Shown: in pieces, positions 1 to 9,694 of the stretch
How the letters are laid out: every line of letters starts with the position of its first letter
How positions within the stretch are numbered: position 1 is the stretch's first letter
Source: a virus
Taxonomy: Duplodnaviria > Heunggongvirae > Uroviricota > Caudoviricetes
Reading direction: 5' to 3' (one strand)
IMG/VR virus record: IMGVR_UViG_2519103024_000002
DNA: 43,394 nucleotides
Notes under the pieces: generated by a model
What the model saw: the letters and a program-made list of their open reading frames with translations, nothing else
Databases searched by the model: none
What the model was told of the DNA's origin: nothing
Made by a program: the position numbers and the translations under genes

Positions 1-91
1 CACAACATCCGAGGACAGCAACACCCGATACTTTTTCCTGGCTTCCAGCAACGGGGTTTCTTCCTCCGTTGCATATACAGCTCACCTTTTT

Positions 92-385
92 TCACCCACG
101 ATTAACCAACAGCCAGACCAGCAGACACGCCACCACCGGCACAGCAAAATCCATCAGGCTTGCCACATCCCAAGCTCGCGGATCAAAACCGCCCCACCAC
201 GGCATATTCATTCGCTTGCCATGCCCGAACATTTCAATCCAGCGATATTCTGCCTGGGTATGTTCACGCGCAATGAAGAACGTACAACCGGCTATCGCTC
301 CGTAAGCCCAGTTTCCGGTAAAAAGACCAACCAGTATCTGCGCAGCCACAGCACAAAGCGCATGAAGTAAGGGGCTTATATCCAT
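92..385 (-). CDS. hypothetical small integral membrane protein (about three hydrophobic segments)
   Basis: ORF of 97 aa with hydrophobic stretches (AVAAQILVGLF, VPVVACLLVWLLV); last gene at the tail-fibre end; no family recognised. Confidence 0.4.
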   Translation of the reverse strand: MDISPLLHALCAVAAQILVGLFTGNWAYGAIAGCTFFIAREHTQAEYRWIEMFGHGKRMNMPWWGGFDPRAWDVASLMDFAVPVVACLLVWLLVNRG

Positions 386-397
386 TATTTCCTCCTT

Positions 398-676
398 TCA
401 GCTCCATTCCCGAAGCGGTGTTTCCAGCTCCACGACATAATCAGAGAATACAGAAACATCAAACAAGTCATCAAGAATGCGAATGTTGACAAAATAACCG
501 TCATTCCGGACACAGACAGGTTCTCCCTCTTCTGTTACCCCTGTTTCTGTGTAGGTGAAACCAATTTCATCGACTAACAGTTTATTCTGGAGGTCTTCAT
601 CCTCCTCCCAGTCAAGAGATGACAGGAAGGCCTTAAACTGCAGTTTGTCATGAAACTTCAAAGTTAAATCTTTCAT
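398..676 (-). CDS. hypothetical acidic protein immediately downstream of the side tail fibre gene (possible fibre chaperone; not lambda Tfa-like)
   Basis: ORF of 92 aa whose start overlaps the stf stop (673-676); occupies the slot where lambda has tfa but the sequence does not resemble Tfa. Confidence 0.4.
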   Translation of the reverse strand: MKDLTLKFHDKLQFKAFLSSLDWEEDEDLQNKLLVDEIGFTYTETGVTEEGEPVCVRNDGYFVNIRILDDLFDVSVFSDYVVELETPLREWS

Positions 677-2739
677 ACGACCTCTTTTAATTGCCTGTCA
701 TTTAATTCTTTATGCCATATGCGGAAATTGCGAATATGGCCAAACAGATGTCGTTCTCCAGTATTCGTCTGCCCTCCAAATCGGATATTTTTATCAGCGG
801 TCACACCATTATATTCACAATAAACTTCATTAACCGCTTTACCATTTGTCACCACATGAAAGTGACCATCAGCTTTTGCAATACATCCAAATGTGGTTTT
901 CTCTGCAAATACATCTGTCGCTGCGCTATTAACATACAAGCCTGAAGGGTTTGACAGACTCATATATAACTTACCACTACCTCTGTTGATTGCTGCAATT
1001 GCTGATTGCCCGGTATTGGCTGCTGCTATATCCCACACGCGGGGTGCGGCGTTTGGTGCAATATCCCAGTTTTTATGAATCTCAAGTAAAAAAGTAAATG
1101 GTAACTTATAAAGATTATTTCTGGTGGGGATACTAACCAAATCACTGGCTCTTGTCGTTGCGCTGCCTCCTGAAATAATAAATGATGATACACACGGCCC
1201 ATTCTCTACTTGTGGGGTGGCAAGATAAATATAGTCACCAGATACTGTTGCCCCACCCCGCTCAGGAGAATACTGTATCTGAGAGCCTATTTTTAACTCA
1301 CCATCAATTGCCTGAATCGTTGCCTCTGCAAAAATCCAGCCTGTGGTCTTATCCTTCCTGACTCGTGCCGTAATTCTGCCGGCAGCCCCACCTGTCATAT
1401 TAATTTCAAGCGTTTGCGTATCAATGTACGCATCGCCAAGAAAAGTTGTTGCACTACCATCATACTTATCAAACCGTATACGTAACCTTACCTGTCGTTC
1501 TGTTTTAAAACGGCATGAGGTTGTCACGTACTTGTTATCGCCTGAGACATCAACTGACTTTGTTGCAGCAATTGATGCCATATTAATAGCCGAAGTTTGC
1601 CCAACCAGAGAATCGTTGCAGACAAACTTTCCATAAGTAAAACCAAAACTATCTGTCCCGGTTTCGGGCACATCCATGTTTGATGACTTCCCCCAGCTGG
1701 CTGGACTTTCCGAATTGAGCATGTAGTTCGTTCTTTGTCCCTCAATAAGCAGGCCATCACACTCAAATCGCGGCTCATTAATTTCCGCCGTTTTCAGTTC
1801 GCCAGATTTGTTGATATATGTTGCCGTTGATGCGCGACTGAAATTAACCTGTTTATCACTGGCGACCTGAACCACATCGTCACCAATAGCTATTTTTTTA
1901 TAGCCCGGAGAAAAACCCGCAATCATATCCAGTGAATCGTTAAACGGTATCCACACATCAGGCAGCGGCGGCACTATATTCGCATAGGGCTCTGCAGTCA
2001 CTTCCGCTGCGACTTCTGCGCGGTCTGCCGCCTTTTCAGCCCGTGTCGCTGCCGACAGAGCCTCATCCTTTTTCTGCCCGGCCTTTGTTGCGTCTGCTGC
2101 GGCCTCCCGCGCTTTTGTGGTGGCGACTCCGGCATTTTCAGCGGCTGACTCTGCATTACGGCGGGAAGCCTCTTCACTGTCTGCGGAGGCTTCTTCTGAC
2201 GCACGGGCATTTGTCTCTGAACGTTCTGCCGCTGTTGCTGCGTTTTGTGCGGCTGTTTTTGAAGAAGCTGCCGCTTTCGCGCTGTTACCTGCATTCGTCT
2301 CTGATGTTTTCGCCGCATTCCTGGACGATGCCGCTGCTGTTTCTGATTTCTTTGCTGCCGCTGCGCTCTGAGAGGCGGCTTCAGCGTTGCGTGCCACCTC
2401 TTCCACCATCTTTTCAAAACGATACAGTGCCTCCGGACGAACATCATCTTCTGTTGCAGCGCCCAGAAAATCATTCAATGTCCCCGGCTTAGAATCCTCA
2501 TACACGGTGATGGCCCCGGCATGTGAAGGCGGAAAACCTTCAACCAGCAGGATAACGCTGTACTGGCCATACTCGACATCCATGCTGTAACGTCCGGCTT
2601 CATCCGGATTTTCTGAGGCCACCGTGTTCACCACAACCGTGGTGCTGTTACGTTTTGCTTTGAGCTGAATGGTGCAGTTCTGTATCGGTTTTCCTGCACC
2701 GTCTTTCAGCACGCCTGAAATCTGTACTGCCATATTCAC
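673..2739 (-). CDS. stf: side tail fibre protein; lambda Stf-like N-terminus, Ala/Ser-rich shaft, divergent distal domain
   Basis: N-terminus MAVQISGVLKDGAGKPIQNCTIQLKAKRNSTTVVVNTV...GRYSMDVEYGQYSVIL matches lambda Stf as remembered; follows J; C-terminal ~350 aa not lambda-like. Confidence 0.85.
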   Translation of the reverse strand: MNMAVQISGVLKDGAGKPIQNCTIQLKAKRNSTTVVVNTVASENPDEAGRYSMDVEYGQYSVILLVEGFPPSHAGAITVYEDSKPGTLNDFLGAATEDDVRPEALYRFEKMVEEVARNAEAASQSAAAAKKSETAAASSRNAAKTSETNAGNSAKAAASSKTAAQNAATAAERSETNARASEEASADSEEASRRNAESAAENAGVATTKAREAAADATKAGQKKDEALSAATRAEKAADRAEVAAEVTAEPYANIVPPLPDVWIPFNDSLDMIAGFSPGYKKIAIGDDVVQVASDKQVNFSRASTATYINKSGELKTAEINEPRFECDGLLIEGQRTNYMLNSESPASWGKSSNMDVPETGTDSFGFTYGKFVCNDSLVGQTSAINMASIAATKSVDVSGDNKYVTTSCRFKTERQVRLRIRFDKYDGSATTFLGDAYIDTQTLEINMTGGAAGRITARVRKDKTTGWIFAEATIQAIDGELKIGSQIQYSPERGGATVSGDYIYLATPQVENGPCVSSFIISGGSATTRASDLVSIPTRNNLYKLPFTFLLEIHKNWDIAPNAAPRVWDIAAANTGQSAIAAINRGSGKLYMSLSNPSGLYVNSAATDVFAEKTTFGCIAKADGHFHVVTNGKAVNEVYCEYNGVTADKNIRFGGQTNTGERHLFGHIRNFRIWHKELNDRQLKEVV

Positions 2740-2791
2740 TCCACAAATAAAAAAGGCGCCATTTCTGGCGCCCGTATCTGGGTTATAAAAT

Positions 2792-5700
2792 TCAACTGAT
2801 ACTGATACCGGCTGTAGATTTCTTCATCACAACAACAAGAAGGTCGCTGATACTGGTCGTTGGCGTCCAGTTATTAGCACCATATGAAGAAACATTGAAA
2901 GTCAGGGTGACATGGCCGTGTCCGGCAGGCATATCAATGACTGATGAAAATACCCTGCTGACATCCGTCGCGGGTTGCTGAAAGATTTCCTGTCCGTTCT
3001 TCAGTACCTGCAGCTTACAGGTTGAATACCAGTATGACTGTTGGTTGTTGCTGTTGAAGTTTTCATGCTTACCCCCACGAAACAGAACGGGGGGGACTAC
3101 TATCTGACGGTCAAAAGCCTGGTCATCGTACACAGTGACCGTTATTGTACCGCTGGCATAACTGCCATTTCTCGGAAAGGCTTTTCCCACCGTTTTGACA
3201 ATATCACCTTCAATCTGGTTAGCTGACAGTTTTCCCAGAATCCGACAGTTCTGATTAATCGTGACGTTGTTGAGCGTCCCGGAGTTCGCGTTCACGTTAC
3301 CGCTGATATCCGCATTTTTCGCAGAAAGTCGACCATCAGGTGTCAGTGAAAACGTTGGGGGATTGCCACCGCTGGTAATGGTGGGAGCCGTCAGATATTT
3401 CAGGAACACTTCGTTCATGAATATCTGATCGCCCTGCCCAACAAACATCGGCTTTGTGTTGCCATTCGCAGGATTAATCATCGCAATCCTGTCCGCCGCC
3501 AGCAGCACCTGACTCTGCATACCGTCAGGAGTATTCTCAACACCGGCACCAATACCCGCGATATAAAGGCGTCCGTCCTGCATCTGCTGCAGCTTCACAG
3601 CCCACATGCTGTTCAGGTTATTATTTGTATCAACCTGAACCTTCTGTATCTGCTGGATCGCTGCACTCTGGTCTTCCAGTTTCTTATTGACGGTCTGCGT
3701 GATTTCATTGCTGACACCCGTAATGGACGTCCTGATTTCAGCCAGGTCAGGCGCAAGCTGACCGTTATCAATCTGCGTCCACAACTCCTGAGCCAGATGG
3801 GTTTTCCCTATCTCTCCTTTGAAAAAATTCAGATAGCCGGATGCATCATCACTCGGCTGGCCAACAGCCTCCACAAATGCCGATTTGCCAACGGTGTTCA
3901 CACTGCGGATGTAAAAATAATAATCATGGCCCGGTTTGATATTGATACTGGCGGCTATCCAGTACAGCGCCGTGCCAAGATAGCGTGCTGTGGTTTCAAC
4001 CTGCCTGATATCCGCAATCCGCTTTTCCGAGAACCAGAACTCAAACTGTACCGTCGGATCATAAACCGCAAGATGCGGCGTGGCGGTTATCTGAAAATAC
4101 CCCGGTGTCAGCTCAATCTGCGACGGCGCTGCCGGTGCGGCAATCCGGAACGATACCGATGCCGGATCGCCCTGCTGCCCCCACGCATTTACCGCCCGGA
4201 CTGTCAGCCTGTAGTTCCCCAGCGCCAGTTGCCTGAAGCGGTATGTGGTTTCCGTCGTCCGGGCCGTGCTGACCAGCCGCTCACTGCCGTCATCCGCTGC
4301 CACGGTCAGGCGAAGCATAAAGCTCACCCCCTTCACCACCTTCGGCGTGTCCCAGCGCGCCAGCACCTGATATTCCCCGCTGTCTGCGGTGACTTCGGCA
4401 GTCAGGTGCTGCACCGCTGGCGGCGTGACACCATTCACCGTGCCGCTCTGGTCGCCGTCAAAGTGCGCCCCGTTATCCACGATGGCCTCTTTTTCCGGTA
4501 CATGCTGCACGGCAGTGATGGCATACGTGCCGTCATCGTTCTCACGGATACTCACACAGCGGAACAGGCGCTGGCGCAACGTTGGCAACTTCAGCCCCCA
4601 CACGCTGTATTCTGCAACGCCGTCAGGAACACGGCTCACTTTTACCTTCACGCCGTCGGTGACGGACTGGACCTCCACGCTGACCGGATTCCCCTGTCCG
4701 TCAGCCAGGCTTATCAGCGTGGTGCCGGAGGATGGCAGCGTGATTTCACGGTCGAGCGTCAGTGTCCGCGTCTGGTTGTTCGCCGCCAGCACGCGCCCGC
4801 CGATGCTGATCCCCGCATAGTCATCATCACAGATTTCAATGACATCGCCCGGTACATGGCGAAGCCCTTCTGCACCCACGCTGAAGTCCACGGTCTGCGT
4901 TTCCAGCAGCTCCGTTTAANCAGCCACAGCCCGGNGCGGTGTCGCCTCGCCCCCGGCTCGGTACANNNNNNNNNNNNNNNNNNNNNNNNNNNNNNNNNNN
5001 NNNNNNNNNNNNNNNNNNNNNNNNNNNNNNNNNNNNNNNNNNNNNNNNNNNNNNNNNNNNNNNNNNNNNNNNNNNNNNNNNNNNNNNNNNNNNNNNNNNN
5101 NNNNNNNNNNNNNNNNNNNNNNNNNNNNNNNNNNNNNNNNNNNNNNNNNNNNNNNNNNNNNNNNNNNNNNNNNNNNNNNNNNNNNNNNNNNNNNNNNNNN
5201 NNNNNNNNNNNNNNNNNNNNNNNNNNNNNNNNNNNNNNNNNNNNNNNNNNNNNNNNNNNNNNNNNNNNNNNNNNNNNNNNNNNNNNNNNNNNNNNNNNNN
5301 NNNNNNNNNNNNNNNNNNNNNNNNNNNNNNNNNNNNNNNNNNNNNNNNNNNNNNNNNNNNNNNNNNNNNNNNNNNNNNNNNNNNNNNNNNNNNNNNNNNN
5401 NNNNNNNNNNNNNNNNNNNNNNNNNNNNNNNNNNNNNNNNNNNNNNNNNNNNNNNNNNNNNNNNNNNNNNNNNNNNNNNNNNNNNNNNNNNNNNNNNNNN
5501 NNNNNNNNNNNNNNNNNNNNNNNNNNNNNNNNNNNNNNNNNNNNNNNNNNNNNNNNNNNNNNNNNNNNNNNNNNNNNNNNNNNNNNNNNNNNNNNNNNNN
5601 NNNNNNNNNNNNNNNNNNNNNNNNNNNNNNNNNNNNNNNNNNNNNNNNNNNNNNNNNNNNNNNNNNNNNNNNNNNNNNNNNNNNNNNNNNNNNNNNNNNN

Positions 5701-7224
5701 NNNNNNNNNNNNNNNNNNNNNNNNNNNNNNNNNNNNNNNNNNNNNNNNNNNNNNNNNNNNNNNNNNNNNNNNNNNNNNNNNNNNNNNNNNNNNNNNNNNN
5801 NNNNNNNNNNNNNNNNNNNNNNNNNNNNNNNNNNNNNNNNNNNNNNNNNNNNNNAGCAGCTCCGTTTTAATCAGCCACAGCCCGGCGCGGTGTGCCTGCC
5901 CCCGGCTGGTACAGCCAAAGGCATCCATCTTCGTGACGTTACGACCGTAACGGGCAATGGCCTGCGTGTCCTCCACAAGCTCTGTCGCCGTCTCCCAGCC
6001 GTTATCCGGGTCAATCCAGTTCACCTCAACGGCATTATGGCGGTCTTTCAGGGCGCTGAAGCTGTAGCGGAACGGCGCGCCATCATCCGGCATCACCACA
6101 TTACTGCGGTTATAGGTCCACACCTTATCCGACGGTCGGTCCTGCACGAATGTCAGCGTCTGCCCGTTCCATACCGGCATACAGCGCATCGCCGAGCAAA
6201 AATCACTGAGCACATCCCACGCCTTGCGCTGTGTGGTCAGGTACGCATTACAGGTGATGCGCGGCTCCGTGCCGCCAAAGCCGTCCGGCACTGACTGGTC
6301 GCAATTCTGGCCGATGACATACAGCGCCCATTTATCCACATCTGCCGCACCAAGACGTTTCCCCATGCCGTAGCGCGGATGGGTCAGCATATCCCACAGA
6401 CACCAGGCCATGTTGTTGCTGTATGCTGGCTTAAACGTTCCGTCCCAGATACCGCTGTATTGCCGCGTCTGCGGGTTATAGTTCGACGGCACCTGCAGAA
6501 TGCGCCCGCGAAGATGATAATTACGGCTCACCTGCTGGCTGCCGAACTGCTCCGAGTCCACCTGTACGCCGACCAGTGCCGTGTTCGGGTAGCACTGTTT
6601 CACATCGATGATTTCGGTGTATGACGACCAGAGCGTTTTGTTCTGCAACTGGTCTGTGGTGCTGTCCGGCGTCATCCTGCGCATCCGGATATTAAACGGG
6701 CGCGGCGGCAGGTTATCCACCACCACCGAGGCCAGATACTGCGACGTGGTTTTGCCCTTAATGGTGATGTCTTTTTCCGTCACCCAGCCACCGTTACGTT
6801 GAATCTGAACCAGCAGGCGGACTTCCGATGGATTCCTGTCCCCCTTTGAGGTGGTTTCCACCAGTGCCTGCACGCCGAAAGTAAAACGCAGACGGTCAAT
6901 GTTTGCCGACGTGATGGTCCGGGTGATCGGCGTGTCATATTTCACTTCTGTACCGAGCACCGTCTCGGAGCCGGAGGATTCAAATCCCTCCGGCGGAGTC
7001 TGCTCCTGCTCACCGGCCCGGAACACCACCGTGACGCCGAATATATTGGTATTCCCCTCACTGTCCAGCACCGGCGTACTGTTCAGCAGCACGCTTTTTA
7101 ATCCATCCACCGGACCTTCAACCGGCCCTTCGCTGATGGCGTCTATCACGCTCAGCATCTGGGATGATTTCAGGTTGTCCTTCGCTTCGCGCGGGGTATG
7201 CCCCTTACTGCTGCCTTTACCCAT
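2792..7224 (-). CDS. J: host specificity / central tail fibre protein J, interrupted by an artefactual N-run (4966-5854) with duplicated flanks
   Basis: N-terminus [22 protein letters not shown]... and the join ...[42 protein letters not shown] read continuously when 4905-4965 is overlapped with 5855-5913; matches lambda gpJ. Confidence 0.9.
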
Positions 7225-7284
7225 TCCTCATGCTCCATAAACGATAAAACCGCCCGGAGGCGGTTTCACATAAAACATTTTGCA

Positions 7285-7956
7285 TCAGCGACCAATCACC
7301 ACAACCTGACCACCATCCCCTTCGTCTGCCGTGCTGATCTCCTGAGAAACCACGCGTGACCCCACGCGCATTTCACCGTACAGAACCGGCAGAACATTGC
7401 CCTGGGCAACCATGTTATCCAGTGAGGAGAAATAGGTGTTCTGTTTGCCGTTATCCGTTGTCTGTGTACGGGGAGTTCTGGCTTTCGGTGCCAGCATCTG
7501 CGCCACACCACCGAGCACCATACTGGCACCGAGAGAAAACAGGATGCCGGTCATACCACCGGCCCCAATGGCTGCCCCCCATGCTGCAAGGGTGGCTCCG
7601 GCGGTAAAGAATGATCCGGCAATGGCGGCAGCCCCCAGGACAATCTGGAATACGCCACCTGACTTGGCCCCGGCGACTCTGGGAACAATATGAATCACAG
7701 CGCCATCAGGCAGAGTCTCATGTAACTGCGCCGTTAACCCGGACGTGCTGACGTCCCGCCCGGCAATCCGTACCTGATACCAGCCGTCGCTCAGTTTCTG
7801 ACGAAACACCGGGAGCTGTGTGGCCAGTGCGCGGATGGCTTCAGCCCCCGTTTTCACACGAAGGTCGATGCGGCGGCCAAATCGTTGTAAATCCCCGTAA
7901 AGGCAGATGCGCGCCATGCCCGGTGACGCCAGAGGGAGTGTGTGCGTCGCTGCCAT
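7285..7956 (-). CDS. I: tail tip assembly protein I
   Basis: 223 aa, MAATHTLPLASPGMARICLYGDLQRFGRRIDLRV... essentially lambda gpI; overlaps the 3' end of K as in lambda. Confidence 0.9.
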   Translation of the reverse strand: MAATHTLPLASPGMARICLYGDLQRFGRRIDLRVKTGAEAIRALATQLPVFRQKLSDGWYQVRIAGRDVSTSGLTAQLHETLPDGAVIHIVPRVAGAKSGGVFQIVLGAAAIAGSFFTAGATLAAWGAAIGAGGMTGILFSLGASMVLGGVAQMLAPKARTPRTQTTDNGKQNTYFSSLDNMVAQGNVLPVLYGEMRVGSRVVSQEISTADEGDGGQVVVIGR

Positions 7957-8597
7957 TTGTCGGTATACCTCTCTCGTTTACTCAGTTGTTCAGGAATATG
8001 GTGCAGCAGCTCGCCGTCACCACAGTAAATAGCGGCATGATTCGGCACCGATGAACCAAAGCAGCACAGCAGCACATCGCCCGGCTGCGCCGCTGACAAC
8101 GGCACCTGATACAGCCCTGTGGCCTCCAGATTATCAAGATAGAGATTCTGGCCGTTACGCCACCAGTCATCCTCACGATGAAAGTCCGGCATCTCAATCC
8201 CCGCCAGATGGTAAGCGTCCCGGAACAGCGTGTAACAGTCCGTCACCCCGTGCTCAAAGCGCCGCCCGGTGAGATGCGGCACACAGCGGAACTTATGAAT
8301 CGCCCCCCGGCAGACCAGCCACCACGGCAAATCACTCTGCACCTGCAGCCGCCGGTCGGCCTCACTCAGCCAGGGCAGACCACCGGGATGACTGTGGACC
8401 AGCGCCACAATCTCACCCTGCATCTCTGCCTGCAGCCAGTCCTCCGGAGCCATCCGGAAATACGCCTCCGGCTCACCGGAGATATTCACGCAGGGAAAAT
8501 ATCTTTCCCCCTCCGGCGCTCTCACCACGAAGCCGCACGACTCCGCTGGCGCACATCGCCGGGCATGCGCCAGAATCGCTGATTCTGTCTCTGTCAT
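7854..8597 (-). CDS. K: tail tip assembly protein K (by homology to lambda gpK)
   Basis: 247 aa ORF MTETESAILAHARRCAPAESCGF...HSHPGG...; start codon choice uncertain (an internal start would give a shorter product). Confidence 0.85.
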   Translation of the reverse strand: MTETESAILAHARRCAPAESCGFVVRAPEGERYFPCVNISGEPEAYFRMAPEDWLQAEMQGEIVALVHSHPGGLPWLSEADRRLQVQSDLPWWLVCRGAIHKFRCVPHLTGRRFEHGVTDCYTLFRDAYHLAGIEMPDFHREDDWWRNGQNLYLDNLEATGLYQVPLSAAQPGDVLLCCFGSSVPNHAAIYCGDGELLHHIPEQLSKRERYTDKWQRRTHSLWRHRAWRASAFTGIYNDLAAASTFV

Positions 8598-8602
8598 GGG
8601 AT

Positions 8603-8857
8603 TTACTGCGAAAGTTTGTTAATGGAAAGGAAGCCGCCAAAGTTGCCGACGTTATTGCGAAACTTACAGCCGCTCAGGCATTTGCTGCATTTATCCTTCG
8701 TGATATCGGAATCGGCTGATCATATTCATCCGCGACCGCCGGACCGTGATAACCGCACTCATCACCGCGATAGGTCCAGGTGCAGGTATTAGCCAGCATG
8801 ATGCGCCCCGGAAAAACGGCGACCATCCGTTCCGTCCGGTGTGGACAGTACAAAGGA
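8603..8857 (-). CDS. L: tail tip protein L, 3' portion; 5' end in N-run; reading frame broken (frameshift or sequencing error)
   Basis: Frame ending at 8674 gives ...AVFPGRIMLANTCTWTYRGDECGYHGPAVADEYDQP; a different frame from about 8712 to a TAA at 8603-8605 gives ITKDKCSKCLSGCKFRNNVGNFGGFLSINKLSQ, ending 5 bp before the K start; a third frame at 8820-8857 gives SFVLSTP. Confidence 0.6.
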
Positions 8858-9391
8858 NNNNNNNNNNNNNNNNNNNNNNNNNNNNNNNNNNNNNNNNNNN
8901 NNNNNNNNNNNNNNNNNNNNNNNNNNNNNNNNNNNNNNNNNNNNNNNNNNNNNNNNNNNNNNNNNNNNNNNNNNNNNNNNNNNNNNNNNNNNNNNNNNNN
9001 NNNNNNNNNNNNNNNNNNNNNNNNNNNNNNNNNNNNNNNNNNNNNNNNNNNNNNNNNNNNNNNNNNNNNNNNNNNNNNNNNNNNNNNNNNNNNNNNNNNN
9101 NNNNNNNNNNNNNNNNNNNNNNNNNNNNNNNNNNNNNNNNNNNNNNNNNNNNNNNNNNNNNNNNNNNNNNNNNNNNNNNNNNNNNNNNNNNNNNNNNNNN
9201 NNNNNNNNNNNNNNNNNNNNNNNNNNNNNNNNNNNNNNNNNNNNNNNNNNNNNNNNNNNNNNNNNNNNNNNNNNNNNNNNNNNNNNNNNNNNNNNNNNNN
9301 NNNNNNNNNNNNNNNNNNNNNNNNNNNNNNNNNNNNNNNNNNNNNNNNNNNNNNNNNNNNNNNNNNNNNNNNNNNNNNNNNNNNNNNNNNN

Positions 9392-9694
9392 GCTGAACTC
9401 AACACGCAGCATACTGACCCGCGACGACCATTTTGCGCAGGTCACCTTTATCTGCCTGTAACCATAAGGCGGCGTCCACAGAAAGGCCTTCCAGCCCCCG
9501 TGCTCAGCCAGAAACGACTCCAGCGCCGTGGCCTCCTCACGGGAGACAGACAGCGTCACGCTGTACGTTTTCAGGTCAGCGTTCAGCCCGGCAGGCGCAC
9601 GCTGGGAATAGCCATCACCAAAGCGCACCTCCCTGACGGAAGGAGCCGATGTCACATCCATCCCGGGTTTCACTTTCCAGCGGAAGGTTTTCAT
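9392..9694 (-). CDS. M: minor tail protein M (3' end lost in N-run)
   Basis: MKTFRWKVKPGMDVTSAPSVREVRFGDGYSQRAPAGLNADLKTYSVTLSV...MLRVEFS matches lambda gpM; runs into gap at 9391. Confidence 0.85.

Noticed and set aside
69-305. Plus-strand ORF 69-305
   Set aside because: Fully overlaps the minus-strand membrane protein ORF (92-385), which has the more protein-like hydrophobic pattern; cannot support both.
2000-2400. Possible CRISPR-like or tandem repeat array in the GCTGCC-rich region
   Set aside because: The repeats are degenerate, in-frame coding repeats of the tail fibre shaft (Ala/Ser/Thr-rich), with no uniform repeat-spacer structure and no cas genes nearby.
2043-2492. Plus-strand ORFs (2043-2492, 2117-2371, 2387-2590) and minus-strand 1998-2474 inside stf
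   Set aside because: They overlap the Ala/Ser-rich repetitive shaft of Stf in alternative frames; GC-rich repetitive coding DNA gives long spurious open frames. No independent start signals.
3797-6294. Long plus-strand ORFs (3797-5950, 4939-6294) with hundreds of X residues
   Set aside because: They exist only because N-runs contain no stop codons and they run antisense to the well-supported J gene; artefacts of the scaffold gap.
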